Positions 29,068-40,075 of a stretch of DNA of 64,000 nucleotides are shown here, piece after piece. How positions within the stretch are numbered: position 1 is the first letter of the stretch; each line of letters starts with the position of its first letter. The notes under the pieces were generated by a model. It saw nothing but the letters and a program-made list of their open reading frames with translations. It was not told the DNA's origin and made no database searches. The stretch lies in NCBI GenBank assembly GCA_965213625.1, contig CBDBZU010000004.1, positions 1,824,001 to 1,888,000 of the forward strand, given 5' to 3'. Source of the stretch: a bacterium (lineage in GTDB: Bacteria; UBA8248). Position numbers and translations under genes: made by a program.

Positions 29068-30912
29068 TCAGAACATCATCCGCAAGGCGAGCGAGAGGTT
29101 GTGGCTGCGGCGGGAGTCTTCGCCGAAGCGTCCGGAGTAGCTCAGGGAACCGCTCGCGCGCTCGCCCAGTTTCGCGCTTAGTCCCAAATCGGCGCTCAGC
29201 GCGCTGCTCAACGGCTCGTAGCCAGGAAGCGTAAAGCGCCCGGGCATGGTGTTCGAGCCCGCCGAGACGTGGATGGGGTCGTCTTCGAGTTCATATTCAT
29301 AGGCGATGCGGGCGTAGGGGCGGAGTCCGCCGACGCTCCAGCCGAAGCTGTAGCCGCCGCGCGCAATGAGCGAGTTGCGCGAGAAGTCCGAAAAATTCAT
29401 CGCGGTCGAGGAATTTCCGCTCTCCCGGTAGCCCTTGATCTCCTGGTTGAGCAGCGAGAGGCCGAAGAACGGGCCGTGACGGAGAGTCTCCGAAGCGCCC
29501 ATCGTACACTCCACATTGAGTTCGCCCCCGAACTGGGCGGCTTCGGTCGAGCCGCGCTCGGTGCGCGTGAACGCCGCCAGGGTTACCGGACGCTCGATGT
29601 CTACGGACGTCTGGCCCAGAGTCAGGGCGACGCTCACCTGCAGGCCGCCGCTGCGCCACGCGCCGTGCAGCGAGCCGAGCACGACGTCGCTCTCCAGGTT
29701 CGCCCCGTAGAGTTCGTTCCCGTGGCGGACGACGCTGAGCGCGGCGCCCCAGGAGAGGTCCGGCCCGGCGCGGTGGCCTGCCCCCAGTGTAATGCCGGTC
29801 ATGTCGGTTTCGATTTCCCCCAGACGCGGAAGTACGCCCGCGTCGTTCCTCCCGAACTGGCCCCGCGCATAGCCGCGCCAGCTCCCCTCGGGCAGCGCGA
29901 AATCAGCAGCCCGCTCCGCCCGAATGGCGCCGTGGTGAGCCGCCGACGCATCTGCGCCCGCCTCGCCCGCGAGAGATACCTGCAGCGGAGCAGCGAGCGT
30001 GGAGGTGACCATGCTCGCGAGCATCGCGTGGACGACGCCGCTCGGGTGGCTGCGATCCGCGAACAGATATGTCTCGTTCGCCCCGGGCGCATATGTTACG
30101 GGATAGGGAGTCCCCTCAGGTCCGCATTGGATGGAGACTGCGCTCCCCGCGTTCGGCGCTCCGCATGCCGTTCCGGTGGTGTTGGTGAGGCCGTACCTCG
30201 CGGGGTTCGCGGCGAGCGCGCTCAGCGCGGCATTGATGTTGATGGGGACGACGCCGTATTCATTCTCGCGAATTCCGGCGTAGAGTTTCTCGTTGTATTG
30301 GCCTACCAGCGCGGATATCCCTGCCTGATTGGCTGGACCCAGGCTGACGGCGAAAGGCGCCAGAGAGGCGTCGGGCATATTGAACACCACGACGTGGCGC
30401 GCCCCTGCTCCGCGGAGGCGGCGTATCTGCGCGGCGTTCACGTCCGCGGCCGCGAGAACGTGGCCCAGCGCAGTGGCCGGATTGCTGAGCGCGGAGTCGG
30501 CGATGTCGTTCAGCCCGCCCCAGATGGCGTAGAGCGCATTCTGATCGAGGCTCCCGCCCCGTAGGCCAAGGTGCATGCCGATTTGTTCCGTCACCGTCGG
30601 CGACAAGTCTTGATCGCAGGGCGTCGCAGGGTTCATGCAAGCTCCGGCGAAGGCGTAGTTCGGCCCGCCGGCGCGCGAGTTAAGCCCCGATGCGCCGAAG
30701 GCCTCCGCGACGATCTCCGCCCATACGGGGTCGGGGTTCGTGGTGAAGCTTGTGCCCGGAGGCAGTCCCGATCCCGTGGCCGCATTGCCGGAATCGCTCA
30801 GGCTGTCGCCGAACACGACGACGTTGCTGAAACTTTGCGCCGAGGCGTTGCCGGCGAGTCCCAGTGTGAGAACGAGAACAAAGACACAGAGCAGACGAAT
30901 GTCACGAAACAT
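29068..30912 (-). CDS. autotransporter with GDSL/SGNH esterase passenger (EstA-like)
   Basis: Signal peptide, VFGDSLSD, GGLND, FADRSHP (DxxH), C-terminal beta-barrel ending in Phe. Confidence 0.88.
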   Translation of the reverse strand: MFRDIRLLCVFVLVLTLGLAGNASAQSFSNVVVFGDSLSDSGNAATGSGLPPGTSFTTNPDPVWAEIVAEAFGASGLNSRAGGPNYAFAGACMNPATPCDQDLSPTVTEQIGMHLGLRGGSLDQNALYAIWGGLNDIADSALSNPATALGHVLAAADVNAAQIRRLRGAGARHVVVFNMPDASLAPFAVSLGPANQAGISALVGQYNEKLYAGIRENEYGVVPININAALSALAANPARYGLTNTTGTACGAPNAGSAVSIQCGPEGTPYPVTYAPGANETYLFADRSHPSGVVHAMLASMVTSTLAAPLQVSLAGEAGADASAAHHGAIRAERAADFALPEGSWRGYARGQFGRNDAGVLPRLGEIETDMTGITLGAGHRAGPDLSWGAALSVVRHGNELYGANLESDVVLGSLHGAWRSGGLQVSVALTLGQTSVDIERPVTLAAFTRTERGSTEAAQFGGELNVECTMGASETLRHGPFFGLSLLNQEIKGYRESGNSSTAMNFSDFSRNSLIARGGYSFGWSVGGLRPYARIAYEYELEDDPIHVSAGSNTMPGRFTLPGYEPLSSALSADLGLSAKLGERASGSLSYSGRFGEDSRRSHNLSLALRMMF

Positions 30913-31160
30913 GGGGAGGACTCCTCTTCCCAGGAGAGAAAGTACACGGATACCGCGGAATGGTTCACGCGTCGAATGATTGGAACATATCAAATTCACG
31001 CGGCGGGCGGCAATAAAAAACGCGACGCTCTCGGGTACTTTTCGTATCGGAAGAGAGGTTTACTGGGGGTAATGCGGAATTGGGGCCTGGGGGAATGAAA
31101 CCGCCGCGAATTTTGGTATAATGGCGCATCTGTACTCACTAAACTCAAATGGAGTTCCGC

Positions 31161-31424
31161 ATGGCGGATGGGTTGTCCGGTTTCAGGGAGCGAATCGATG
31201 CGTGCGATGCACAGATCATCCGCCTCATCAACGATAGGCTCAATATCTGCCTCGAAGTCGGCGAATACAAGAGTTCGCATGGCATCGCCGTCAAGGACGA
31301 AACGCGCGAGAATGAGGTGATCGCCAGGATATTGGAAGGCAACGAGGGGCCGTGCCCGTCAGAGGCTCTCGAGCAGATCTACCGTATCCTCATCGACACC
31401 GCCGTTCGCCTTGAAGAAAAATAA
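31161..31424 (+). CDS. monofunctional chorismate mutase (AroQ class)
   Basis: RERIDACD..RL..VGEYK..DETRE pattern; TGGTATAAT extended -10 at about 31114-31122. Confidence 0.82.
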   Translation: MADGLSGFRERIDACDAQIIRLINDRLNICLEVGEYKSSHGIAVKDETRENEVIARILEGNEGPCPSEALEQIYRILIDTAVRLEEK

Positions 31425-31662
31425 TTTTATACGGGCGGGGAGGAGTGGGACTCTCATTCCCTGCAGCCTTGATAAGCCGGGCGCTTCGGGCAGCAATGGT
31501 TTTATACGGGCGGAGAGGGGTCTTAATCAACAGCCCCTTGCAGCCCCGATACGCCTCGCGTAAGCCCGGTGAGCATTTTTTTGCGAACCCTGATACAATA
31601 GCCGCCGAAACTTCCATCCATCGCCCAATTTGTAATAACACCGCCCCAGGGAGAATTCCCGC

Positions 31663-33195
31663 ATGGAAATCTGGCACGTCGCGTTGGGAGCCGTCGCTCT
31701 CGTCGTATGCTTCTGGTTCGCCGTGAGGGCGCGGATTTCCGGGTTGTCCCAAATGCTGCGCAACGCCGAGATGGAAAAGTCCGACGCACAGGCCTCCCAC
31801 GCTGCCGAACTGGAAAAGAACATGATTCTACGCGAGGACGTGGCGCGCCTCGAGTCTGACTTGGCGCACGAGCGAAAATCGGCGCAGGAAAAGCTCGACC
31901 TCCTTCGCCGCGCGACGGAGGAGATGCGCGAGAGCTTCGGGGCGCTCAGCGCAGACGCTCTCAAGAGCAATAACGCCTCTTTCCTCGATCTGGCCAAGTC
32001 GACCCTGGAGAAATTCCAGAGCGAGGCCAAAGGCGATCTGGAAGCGCGCCAGAAGGCGGTGGAGACTCTCGTCGCGCCCATCCGAGAATCGCTCGACAAG
32101 GTGGGTACGCAGGTGGAAGACCTCGAACGCGCCAGGCGGGAGGCCTACGGCTCCCTCACCGAGCAGGTCAAATCCCTCGCGAGCAGCCAGAAAGAACTTC
32201 AATCGGAGACGGGGAACCTCGTGAAGGCCCTACGCGCGCCAAACGTGCGCGGCCGCTGGGGGGAGATGCAGCTAAGGCGCGTGGTGGAAATGGCCGGCAT
32301 GGTGGCGCACTGCGACTTTGTGGAGCAGCAGACGCTCGAGGGAGAGGAGGCGCGTCTGCGCCCCGACCTCATCGTGAAGCTGCCTGGCGGGAAGAACGTA
32401 GTGGTCGACGCCAAGGCGCCGCTCGACGCCTATCTCAACTCGCTCGAGGCGGAGGATGAGGAGGTACGCCGCGCCTTTTTGGTAGATCACGCGCGCCAGA
32501 TTCGCGATCACATGAACCGCCTAAGCTCGAAGGCCTATTGGGATCAGTGCGAGTCCACGCCCGAGTTCGTGGCGATGTTCCTGCCCGGAGAGAGTTTCTT
32601 CAGTGCGGCGCTCGAACAGGACCCCGGCCTGATAGAGGAAGGTGTGAGCCGACAGGTGATACTGGCTACGCCCACGACGCTCATCGCTCTGTTGCGCGCG
32701 GTGGCCTACGGCTGGCGGCAGGAGAAGGTGGCCGAGAGCGCCCAGGCGGTGAGCACGCTCGGCCAGGAACTCCACGCACGCCTGAAGACGCTGGCCAAGC
32801 ATTTCGACGCCATGGGCCGGGGGCTGGACAGGGCGGTCGATGCCTACAATAAGGCGGTCGGCTCGTATGAGACGCGCGTGCTGGTCTCGGCGAGAAAATT
32901 CGGCGAGTACGGCAGCGCGCCGGGCGGGGAGATCGACGTGGTCTCTCGCGTGGAGAAAACCCCGCGCGCGCTGCAGGCGCGTGAGGCGGGCGAGGAGACG
33001 AGCCTAGATCAATTATCCGCTGTAGAAAAAGTTTCCGAGAAACTCGTAGCGGACGAGGTGGATGAGCGGGAGGAGGTCGAGCCTGAGCCTTCCGGAGAGG
33101 ATTCCCCGCGCACGGACGATGCAGACGGTGCGGCTGAGTCTCTCGAGACATATGGTGAGGAGAGTGAGCCGAATTTCCACCGCATCAGTCCCTGA
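31663..33195 (+). CDS. rmuC: DNA recombination protein RmuC
   Basis: N-terminal TM, coiled coil, RGRWGEMQL, RPDLIVKLP, VDAKAP, ATPTTLIALL. Confidence 0.93.
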   Translation: MEIWHVALGAVALVVCFWFAVRARISGLSQMLRNAEMEKSDAQASHAAELEKNMILREDVARLESDLAHERKSAQEKLDLLRRATEEMRESFGALSADALKSNNASFLDLAKSTLEKFQSEAKGDLEARQKAVETLVAPIRESLDKVGTQVEDLERARREAYGSLTEQVKSLASSQKELQSETGNLVKALRAPNVRGRWGEMQLRRVVEMAGMVAHCDFVEQQTLEGEEARLRPDLIVKLPGGKNVVVDAKAPLDAYLNSLEAEDEEVRRAFLVDHARQIRDHMNRLSSKAYWDQCESTPEFVAMFLPGESFFSAALEQDPGLIEEGVSRQVILATPTTLIALLRAVAYGWRQEKVAESAQAVSTLGQELHARLKTLAKHFDAMGRGLDRAVDAYNKAVGSYETRVLVSARKFGEYGSAPGGEIDVVSRVEKTPRALQAREAGEETSLDQLSAVEKVSEKLVADEVDEREEVEPEPSGEDSPRTDDADGAAESLETYGEESEPNFHRISP

Positions 33196-33214
33196 TTCGC
33201 AATAATGCACCCCC

Positions 33215-33763
33215 CTAGAGTCGTCTCAAGTAGGGATGCTTTCTCCGCATGCCGTCCTGGAACCAGCGCGGGTAGTCCGGCCAGCGCGCCTCGATGTGGT
33301 CGAGGTCCTCCGCGTCGGGGTCCAGGTCGTTCAGCAGCAGTGTGGGCGGGAGCCTTAAGGGCAGCGTGACGACCTCGCCCCGGAGCGCCAGGAATTTCCG
33401 GGCCTCGACGAGGCGGACGCTCTCGTCTTCCGCCTCTTCGACGGCGTGAAAGCCCTTGACCACCTGGTGGAGATAGGCGCTGAAAGCCTCCAGGTTTTTA
33501 TGAAATTCCTCGAGAGGCTCCGGGCTTTCGTGCTCGAAGTGGAGGTGTCCCTCGCGGATTTTTTCCGCGATCTCCCAGATGGGCATTTGCGCGGTGAGGG
33601 GCAGGTATTCGTCCACGATGCAGTCGGCAAGGTTGTATTTGTCCATGCCTTCGAGTATGAGGTCGAAATAATAGCGGTGCCTTGGCAAGCGGAACTCCTC
33701 TCCCTCCCGAATTTCTCGCGGAGGGTGTGTTTCGAGGTGGATTTTGTCAGGATATGGGTTCAT
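33215..33763 (-). CDS. hypothetical protein
   Basis: ORF with GC-typical codon use; AGGAG RBS before MNPYPDK; no recognised motif. Confidence 0.65.
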   Translation of the reverse strand: MNPYPDKIHLETHPPREIREGEEFRLPRHRYYFDLILEGMDKYNLADCIVDEYLPLTAQMPIWEIAEKIREGHLHFEHESPEPLEEFHKNLEAFSAYLHQVVKGFHAVEEAEDESVRLVEARKFLALRGEVVTLPLRLPPTLLLNDLDPDAEDLDHIEARWPDYPRWFQDGMRRKHPYLRRL

Positions 33764-33856
33764 AATCTCCTGAGAGTCGATGTGGGGGCCTTCCGGTAGT
33801 ACCCGCTTCATATTTATACAGTATCTGAGGCTACAGCAATGAAGGAGAAACAAAGA

Positions 33857-34150
33857 ATGAGCAAGACCCTCGGCATGGGATTGGCGTTTTTCGCCGTCTT
33901 TCTCGTTTTGAGTGGATGCGGCGACATGGTGCCACGCGGCGTGGAGGTGGTCACGGAGCCTCCGGGCGCCACGGTGAAGCTCGGCAAGGAGAAGATAGGC
34001 AAATCGCCGGTTATCATCCCCTGGAAGAAAATTAAGGACCATTACGCGGATACGTTTACCGTCGAAATTCTCAAGGAAGGATATCGTCCCCACCATCTGG
34101 TGGCCGCGCAGTACGGGGGAACGATACGGGTGGCTCTCCAGAAGAAATAG
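33857..34150 (+). CDS. PEGA-domain lipoprotein
   Basis: Lipobox LSGC; TEPPGATV..IGKSP..KEGY pattern. Confidence 0.75.
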   Translation: MSKTLGMGLAFFAVFLVLSGCGDMVPRGVEVVTEPPGATVKLGKEKIGKSPVIIPWKKIKDHYADTFTVEILKEGYRPHHLVAAQYGGTIRVALQKK

Positions 34151-34194
34151 TGTAGACTCTCCTTTTTCTATTTCCTGTCGCCAAAGAAGCAGAG

Positions 34195-34863
34195 GTGTTT
34201 GTGCGCACTCATGGCATGGGTTTGTTCGCCGAGATGTTCGACTTCGCGGAAGGCGAGGAAGACGAGGCGCGCGCGTGGCTCGATGAGATCCGCCTCTCGC
34301 AAATGCTCGAAGCCTCGGGTGTGAACGGAGGAGCGAGCTATGAGGTTATTGAAGACGGCCCCCGTTTTCTGAACCTCATCGAAGCGGAGAACATCCACGT
34401 GTTCTATGGCGAGGAATTCGTCTCGCTCATGGACTCGGCTGAGATGCGCTTCCCCGTCGCACCGACAAACCACATCCGCCTCGTATGTGCGCAGGTATAT
34501 CCCGGTCTTCCGGCCCGGCAACCTGATTTTCCCTCGGTGGACGCAGCAGGCCTCGCGCCCGTCATTCAGTTCGGCAGAATCAACGTGCCCGAAGAGAGGC
34601 TCGGCGATTTTAACGGCTGGTATTCCCGTGATCGCGGCCCCCTTTGCGAAAAGGTGCCGGGCGTGAGGCGCATGCGCCGCTACAACACCGTGGAGGGGCC
34701 GAGGCTCATGATCGTCCTCTACGAGATGGAAGATGAAGCCGTGCGCGAAACGCCCGAGTGGAAGCACATGAACGCCTCCGAGTGGACGGCGCGCGTGAGG
34801 AGCTACTACAGACAGGAGCCCGGCTCTCCCGGCGTCTACAGGCGAAAGGGCTACGCCCGCTAG
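34195..34863 (+). CDS. hypothetical protein, tandem dimeric alpha/beta-barrel (EthD-like)
   Basis: FNGWY..VPGVRRMRRY..VLYE pattern in the second half. Confidence 0.6.
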   Translation: MFVRTHGMGLFAEMFDFAEGEEDEARAWLDEIRLSQMLEASGVNGGASYEVIEDGPRFLNLIEAENIHVFYGEEFVSLMDSAEMRFPVAPTNHIRLVCAQVYPGLPARQPDFPSVDAAGLAPVIQFGRINVPEERLGDFNGWYSRDRGPLCEKVPGVRRMRRYNTVEGPRLMIVLYEMEDEAVRETPEWKHMNASEWTARVRSYYRQEPGSPGVYRRKGYAR

Positions 34864-35354
34864 CCGCCCGTCGGCTTTTCTCCGGCGTTCTTCTTCAAGC
34901 GAAGAGCGCGCCAGACCACCCTACCGATAATTCTGTCTACCAGGCTTTCCCCTACCGCCAGTTCGCAGATTTCGGCGCGAAACGCCGCGCGATTCGCCGG
35001 GATGAGGGCGATGCGCCTCGCGTCGATCACCTCGACGTGTTTGACGGCGCACCGTCCCTCCGCCGAGCGTAGGGCGAATATGCCGTCTTTGCGCGGCGTC
35101 TTGTCTCTCAAATCGATGAGGACGAGGCAGCTCTCCGGTAGCAGCGGCTCCATGCTGTCGTCCAGAATTTCGGCTCCGGCGTAATTTTCCACATCGAAGC
35201 CGAATTCATCGCGCGGGAGCAGTACCCAGTCCAGGGCATCCGCATCCACGAAGCGCGCATTTGCGGCTGGATCTTTGCGTATATGATCGGAGCGCGGCCC
35301 GACTTTCTCGCGCGCCACCCATTTTCCTCCGGTGGAAATCGAGTGAAGCGGCAT
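34860..35354 (-). CDS. S24 family peptidase domain (LexA/CI C-terminal-like) without HTH
   Basis: DDSMEP (Ser), AVKHV (Lys), LIPAN, IIGRVVW. Confidence 0.75.
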   Translation of the reverse strand: MPLHSISTGGKWVAREKVGPRSDHIRKDPAANARFVDADALDWVLLPRDEFGFDVENYAGAEILDDSMEPLLPESCLVLIDLRDKTPRKDGIFALRSAEGRCAVKHVEVIDARRIALIPANRAAFRAEICELAVGESLVDRIIGRVVWRALRLKKNAGEKPTGG

Positions 35355-35420
35355 GATGCGTGAACCGGCGGACGCGCAGGGAGCGCGCCCGCCGGGGTCG
35401 TAATAAATTCTCCGCAGCCC

Positions 35421-36209
35421 CTAGCGGGGGAAGCGGCTGAAGTCGGGCGGCCTTTTCTCCTTGAACGCGTTCATTCCCTCGACGGATTGCTCGTTGTTCC
35501 ACACGGCGTTCAGCAGTTCGCTGCCGTGCATCCAGGAGGGGTAGTGGAGGTCGCCCAGGAAGTTCAGGTTCGTCTTCATGTAGCGCAGCGTGGCCGGGGC
35601 GTGGGAGTTGATGGTGGCGCACCACTCCTCGGTCGTATTCTCCAGTTCGTCATCCGGCACGACCTCGTTGATGAGGCCGACTTCCTTCGCCTCCTGCGCC
35701 GGGTAGCGCTTGGCGAGGAACAGCATCTCGCGCGCCCTGCGGTCGCCCATGAGCAGGGGGAGGTACTGCGTGGCGCCCACCACGGGCAGCGCCCCCACGC
35801 GCGCGCCCGATTGCCCGAACGTCGCGTTCTCGCTCGCGATGCAGAGGTCGCAGTAGAGCTGCCACTCGTTCCCGCCGCCGATGCACCAGCCGCGCACCAT
35901 GGCGATGGTGGGCTTGCCCGAGTTCCTGAGCGTCATGCACAGACGCCGCATCTTGTTGTTCCAGATGTGGCCCGTCTGGTAGTTCAGCCCCAGCATCATG
36001 TCCATGTCGCCGCCCGAGGAGAAGTTCCCGTTCAGGCCGTACATGACGCCCACGCCGATGTCGGGGTCCTCATCGAGCCGCGTGAAGGCTTCGATGACTT
36101 CGTTGATCATCTGGAAATTCATCGCGTTCAGCGTTTTGGGGCGGTTGAGCCCCACCCAGAGGGTTTTGTCCCTGACCTCTACGACGGTTACTCTTTCCGA
36201 CATGTTCAT
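35421..36209 (-). CDS. crotonase family protein (MenB/BadI-like)
   Basis: LNRPKTLNA, FSSGGD, CIGGGNE, FGQSGARVG, AFKEKRPPDF. Confidence 0.88.
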   Translation of the reverse strand: MNMSERVTVVEVRDKTLWVGLNRPKTLNAMNFQMINEVIEAFTRLDEDPDIGVGVMYGLNGNFSSGGDMDMMLGLNYQTGHIWNNKMRRLCMTLRNSGKPTIAMVRGWCIGGGNEWQLYCDLCIASENATFGQSGARVGALPVVGATQYLPLLMGDRRAREMLFLAKRYPAQEAKEVGLINEVVPDDELENTTEEWCATINSHAPATLRYMKTNLNFLGDLHYPSWMHGSELLNAVWNNEQSVEGMNAFKEKRPPDFSRFPR

Positions 36210-36330
36210 AGTCTCCTTCTCGTCCGCCGCTCCGTGCGGACGCCTTGTTGAATGGAATTGTCCCGGTGGTCTTTAACCAGAGTCCTTATATTCACACACG
36301 CTGCATCGATTTTCCAGACCGCCGCGCCAT

Positions 36331-37167
36331 CTACCAGAACCACTCGCTCGCCCCCTTGTAGAGAAGCTGCAGGGAAACCAGTGTCATCAGCACCGCCAGA
36401 ATGCGCGTGAGGGTTAAGGATTTCACCCGGTGCGAGATGGCGGCGCCCGCCTGCGCGCCAACGATTATCCCGATCGCGAGAGGAAGAATCACGCTCTTCA
36501 TCGCGTGTAGGTTTCCGAGGATGAAATGAAATGCCACGGCGAGTGCGGTGGTGAAGAGAAGTTCGCACTGCGAGGTGGCGGTGGCGATGTGGGGCGGAAT
36601 GCGCAGGATCCGTATCATCAGCGGCACGTGCATGGGGCCGCCCCCGATTCCCAAAAACGTCGCCAGAAAGCCCACGATGGAGCTTAAGGCTGCGCCGAGT
36701 CGGAAGCGGAAAGCATATTCGTAGACTTTGCCATGGCTGTCCACAATGCGCCGGTGCGCCAGCGCGCCGATGCCGCCGGGGCTCTCGCGCGTCGTCTCGA
36801 AGGGCGGCGGCGGGTTGATGATGGAGATGCACAGGATCAGCAGGGCCAGGCCCAGCAGGAAGTCGAACGGCCCGCGCGCGACCCCGCTTGTGGCGAAGAC
36901 GCCGATTATCGCCCCGACCGAACCGGCCAGTGCGAATGAGACGCTCGTCTTGATGTCGATTCGCTTTTGGCGGTAATAGGCGACCGAGCCGGATAGGGCG
37001 TTCAGGCAGACCACGCTGAGCGAGGTGGCGGCGATGACTTCCGAGGGCTGGTCGGTGAAGATCAGCAGGAGCAGGGGCGTCAGGATGAAGCCGCCGCCCG
37101 CGCCCACGAGCGTGCCCAGCACGCCTACTCCTAAGCCCATCGCCAGGAACTGAATGAAAAAAAGCAT
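36331..37167 (-). CDS. TauE/SafE (TSUP) sulfite exporter family protein
   Basis: Duplicated GAGGG/GIGGG...ATS motifs, multiple TM. Confidence 0.88.
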   Translation of the reverse strand: MLFFIQFLAMGLGVGVLGTLVGAGGGFILTPLLLLIFTDQPSEVIAATSLSVVCLNALSGSVAYYRQKRIDIKTSVSFALAGSVGAIIGVFATSGVARGPFDFLLGLALLILCISIINPPPPFETTRESPGGIGALAHRRIVDSHGKVYEYAFRFRLGAALSSIVGFLATFLGIGGGPMHVPLMIRILRIPPHIATATSQCELLFTTALAVAFHFILGNLHAMKSVILPLAIGIIVGAQAGAAISHRVKSLTLTRILAVLMTLVSLQLLYKGASEWFW

Positions 37168-37460
37168 CAAAAACCTTCCTGAAGGTGCAATATTTTCGTC
37201 GAGGCGCTTTGGGAGGCTTCGGGAGGCGATGCGTCTTTGGGACTCGCTTGTCCTGCCTTGCGCTGATGGGGCCAGAGTCTAATACAGGATAAAGGCGAAT
37301 GACAATTTCATCCGGTCAAAATCTAACGCCTCTCGGGTTTGTTCCGGCATCATCGCAGGAGCTGAGATCATCAAGGCATGGTTTCGCAAAACCGCCCTTC
37401 GGGGTAGAATGGATTTCTTTGGTGAATGAGGATAACCATCTTCTTCGGGAGGATGCGGGA

Positions 37461-38540
37461 ATGATAGTTCCACTCGATACGCCCGTGGCGACGCGGGCCG
37501 AGAATTTCAGGAAAGTCCTCGATTTCGACGAATCGGCGGCCTACCGCGCGTTGCAGGAGACGAAACAGGTTTACCCCGAAGCGGAAGTGCCGCCCCTTCG
37601 CCCGCCCAGGCTCAAGCGAGAGGGCAGGAGTCTCGTGGCCATGGTGCGCGGAGAGACGCGCGATGAGGCCATACGCCTGGCGGTCGAGAAACTGGGCGGA
37701 ATCCGGCATATCATCGATTCGGCAGCACCCGCGCTCCTGAAACCCAATTTCAACTCCGCCGACCCGTTCCCGGCCTCGACGCATCCCGATACGCTCGAAA
37801 CCGTTGTCGCCCTCTTGAAAGATGCGGGTTGTGAGGATATGGCCGTGGGCGAAATGGGTGGCCTGCTTTCCCTGCCCGCGCGCGGGAACTTCGAGCGCTG
37901 GGGGATGAACGATTTTCAGGAGCGGACCGGCGTGGGCCTCCTTCGCTTCGACGAGGAGCCCTGGGTGAAGGCCCGCGTTCCAGAGGCGATTCGCTGGGGC
38001 GGGTGGGTGCACTGCATCGAGCGCCTCATGACGCCCGGCCAGCACGTCATCAACCTGCCCACCATGAAGAGCCACGGCGGGGGGCCGCGCTTCAGCCTCT
38101 CGCTCAAGAACGTCTACGGGTTCGTACACCCGAGGGATCGCGTTCGCGCGCATTTCGTCTCCCAGATGGCGGAGATGATCATGGAGACGAACCTGCTCTA
38201 CTCGCCATCCCTCATCGTCCTCGACGGCACGAAGTGCTGGATTTCGGGCGGCCCCTACACCGGGGAGGAGCGCGAGCCGAACGTGATTATCGCAGGGGAC
38301 GATCGTATCGCCGTTGACGTCGTGGGTGCCTCGGTGGTGCGCGCCATGGGTTCCGAACTCCTGCGCGAATATCCCGTCTGGTCGCACCGCCAGATCAGGC
38401 GTGCGGTGGAACTCGGCCTGGGCGCGAGCGGACCCGGAGAAGTGGAAGTCCTGACGGCGGATACGACCGGCGCCGCCGATTTCACAGAACTTGCGGATCA
38501 GGTGCAAGGGTTCGTTCGGGAGCCCGACCCCGACGGTTAA
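37461..38540 (+). CDS. DUF362 domain protein
   Basis: LLKPNF, STHP, INLPTMKSH, SLKNVYG, DRIAVD. Confidence 0.85.
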   Translation: MIVPLDTPVATRAENFRKVLDFDESAAYRALQETKQVYPEAEVPPLRPPRLKREGRSLVAMVRGETRDEAIRLAVEKLGGIRHIIDSAAPALLKPNFNSADPFPASTHPDTLETVVALLKDAGCEDMAVGEMGGLLSLPARGNFERWGMNDFQERTGVGLLRFDEEPWVKARVPEAIRWGGWVHCIERLMTPGQHVINLPTMKSHGGGPRFSLSLKNVYGFVHPRDRVRAHFVSQMAEMIMETNLLYSPSLIVLDGTKCWISGGPYTGEEREPNVIIAGDDRIAVDVVGASVVRAMGSELLREYPVWSHRQIRRAVELGLGASGPGEVEVLTADTTGAADFTELADQVQGFVREPDPDG

Positions 38541-38566
38541 GTCGCTTCCCTCCTATCGTTCCCGCG

Positions 38567-38596
38567 TTGACGAGGGCGAGCGGTTTCCGCTACATT
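38567..38596 (+). promoter_or_regulatory. putative tRNA promoter
   Basis: TTGACG-N18-TACATT upstream of the tRNA. Confidence 0.5.
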
Positions 38597-38639
38597 CCTT
38601 CGCGCACCCTTCGGGGGTTTCAGGAAAATCCTCCTGTAT

Positions 38640-38715
38640 GGGGCTGTAGCTCAGCTGGGAGAGCGCATGACTGGCAGTCATGAGGTCAGGGGTTCGATCC
38701 CCCTCAGCTCCACCA
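38640..38715 (+). tRNA. tRNA-Ala (GGC)
   Basis: 76-nt cloverleaf GGGGCTGTAGCTCAG..., anticodon arm CATGA-CTGGCAG-TCATG, GGTTCGATCC T-loop, G3:U70, encoded CCA. Confidence 0.97.
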
Positions 38716-38864
38716 ACTAAATCAATTGTTCAAGCTATTTACTCGATATCTGCTATTTCGGCTGTCGCATCGTTGTTAGAACACTCGATAATCCATCCCG
38801 CATATACAGCGCAAAGCATTGAATTTTAGATGATTCAATTCTTGCAGAATACATGCCCCACATT

Positions 38865-39944
<1,080 letters not shown>

Positions 39945-40075
39945 CTCAGATTCCCCTCTCTGCGAGAATCGCTATGGACACCCGCACGAAATGGCCTGTC
40001 CTGCATGAGGCCTGTAGGCGGGTCTTCACGGGCTCGATGGCTGAAATCAATTTTAGAAAAGGCACTGCATGCTCC

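Noticed and set aside
33764-34096. N-terminal extension of ORF 33215-34096
   Set aside because: It overlaps the PEGA lipoprotein on the opposite strand; a better start with RBS lies at 33763
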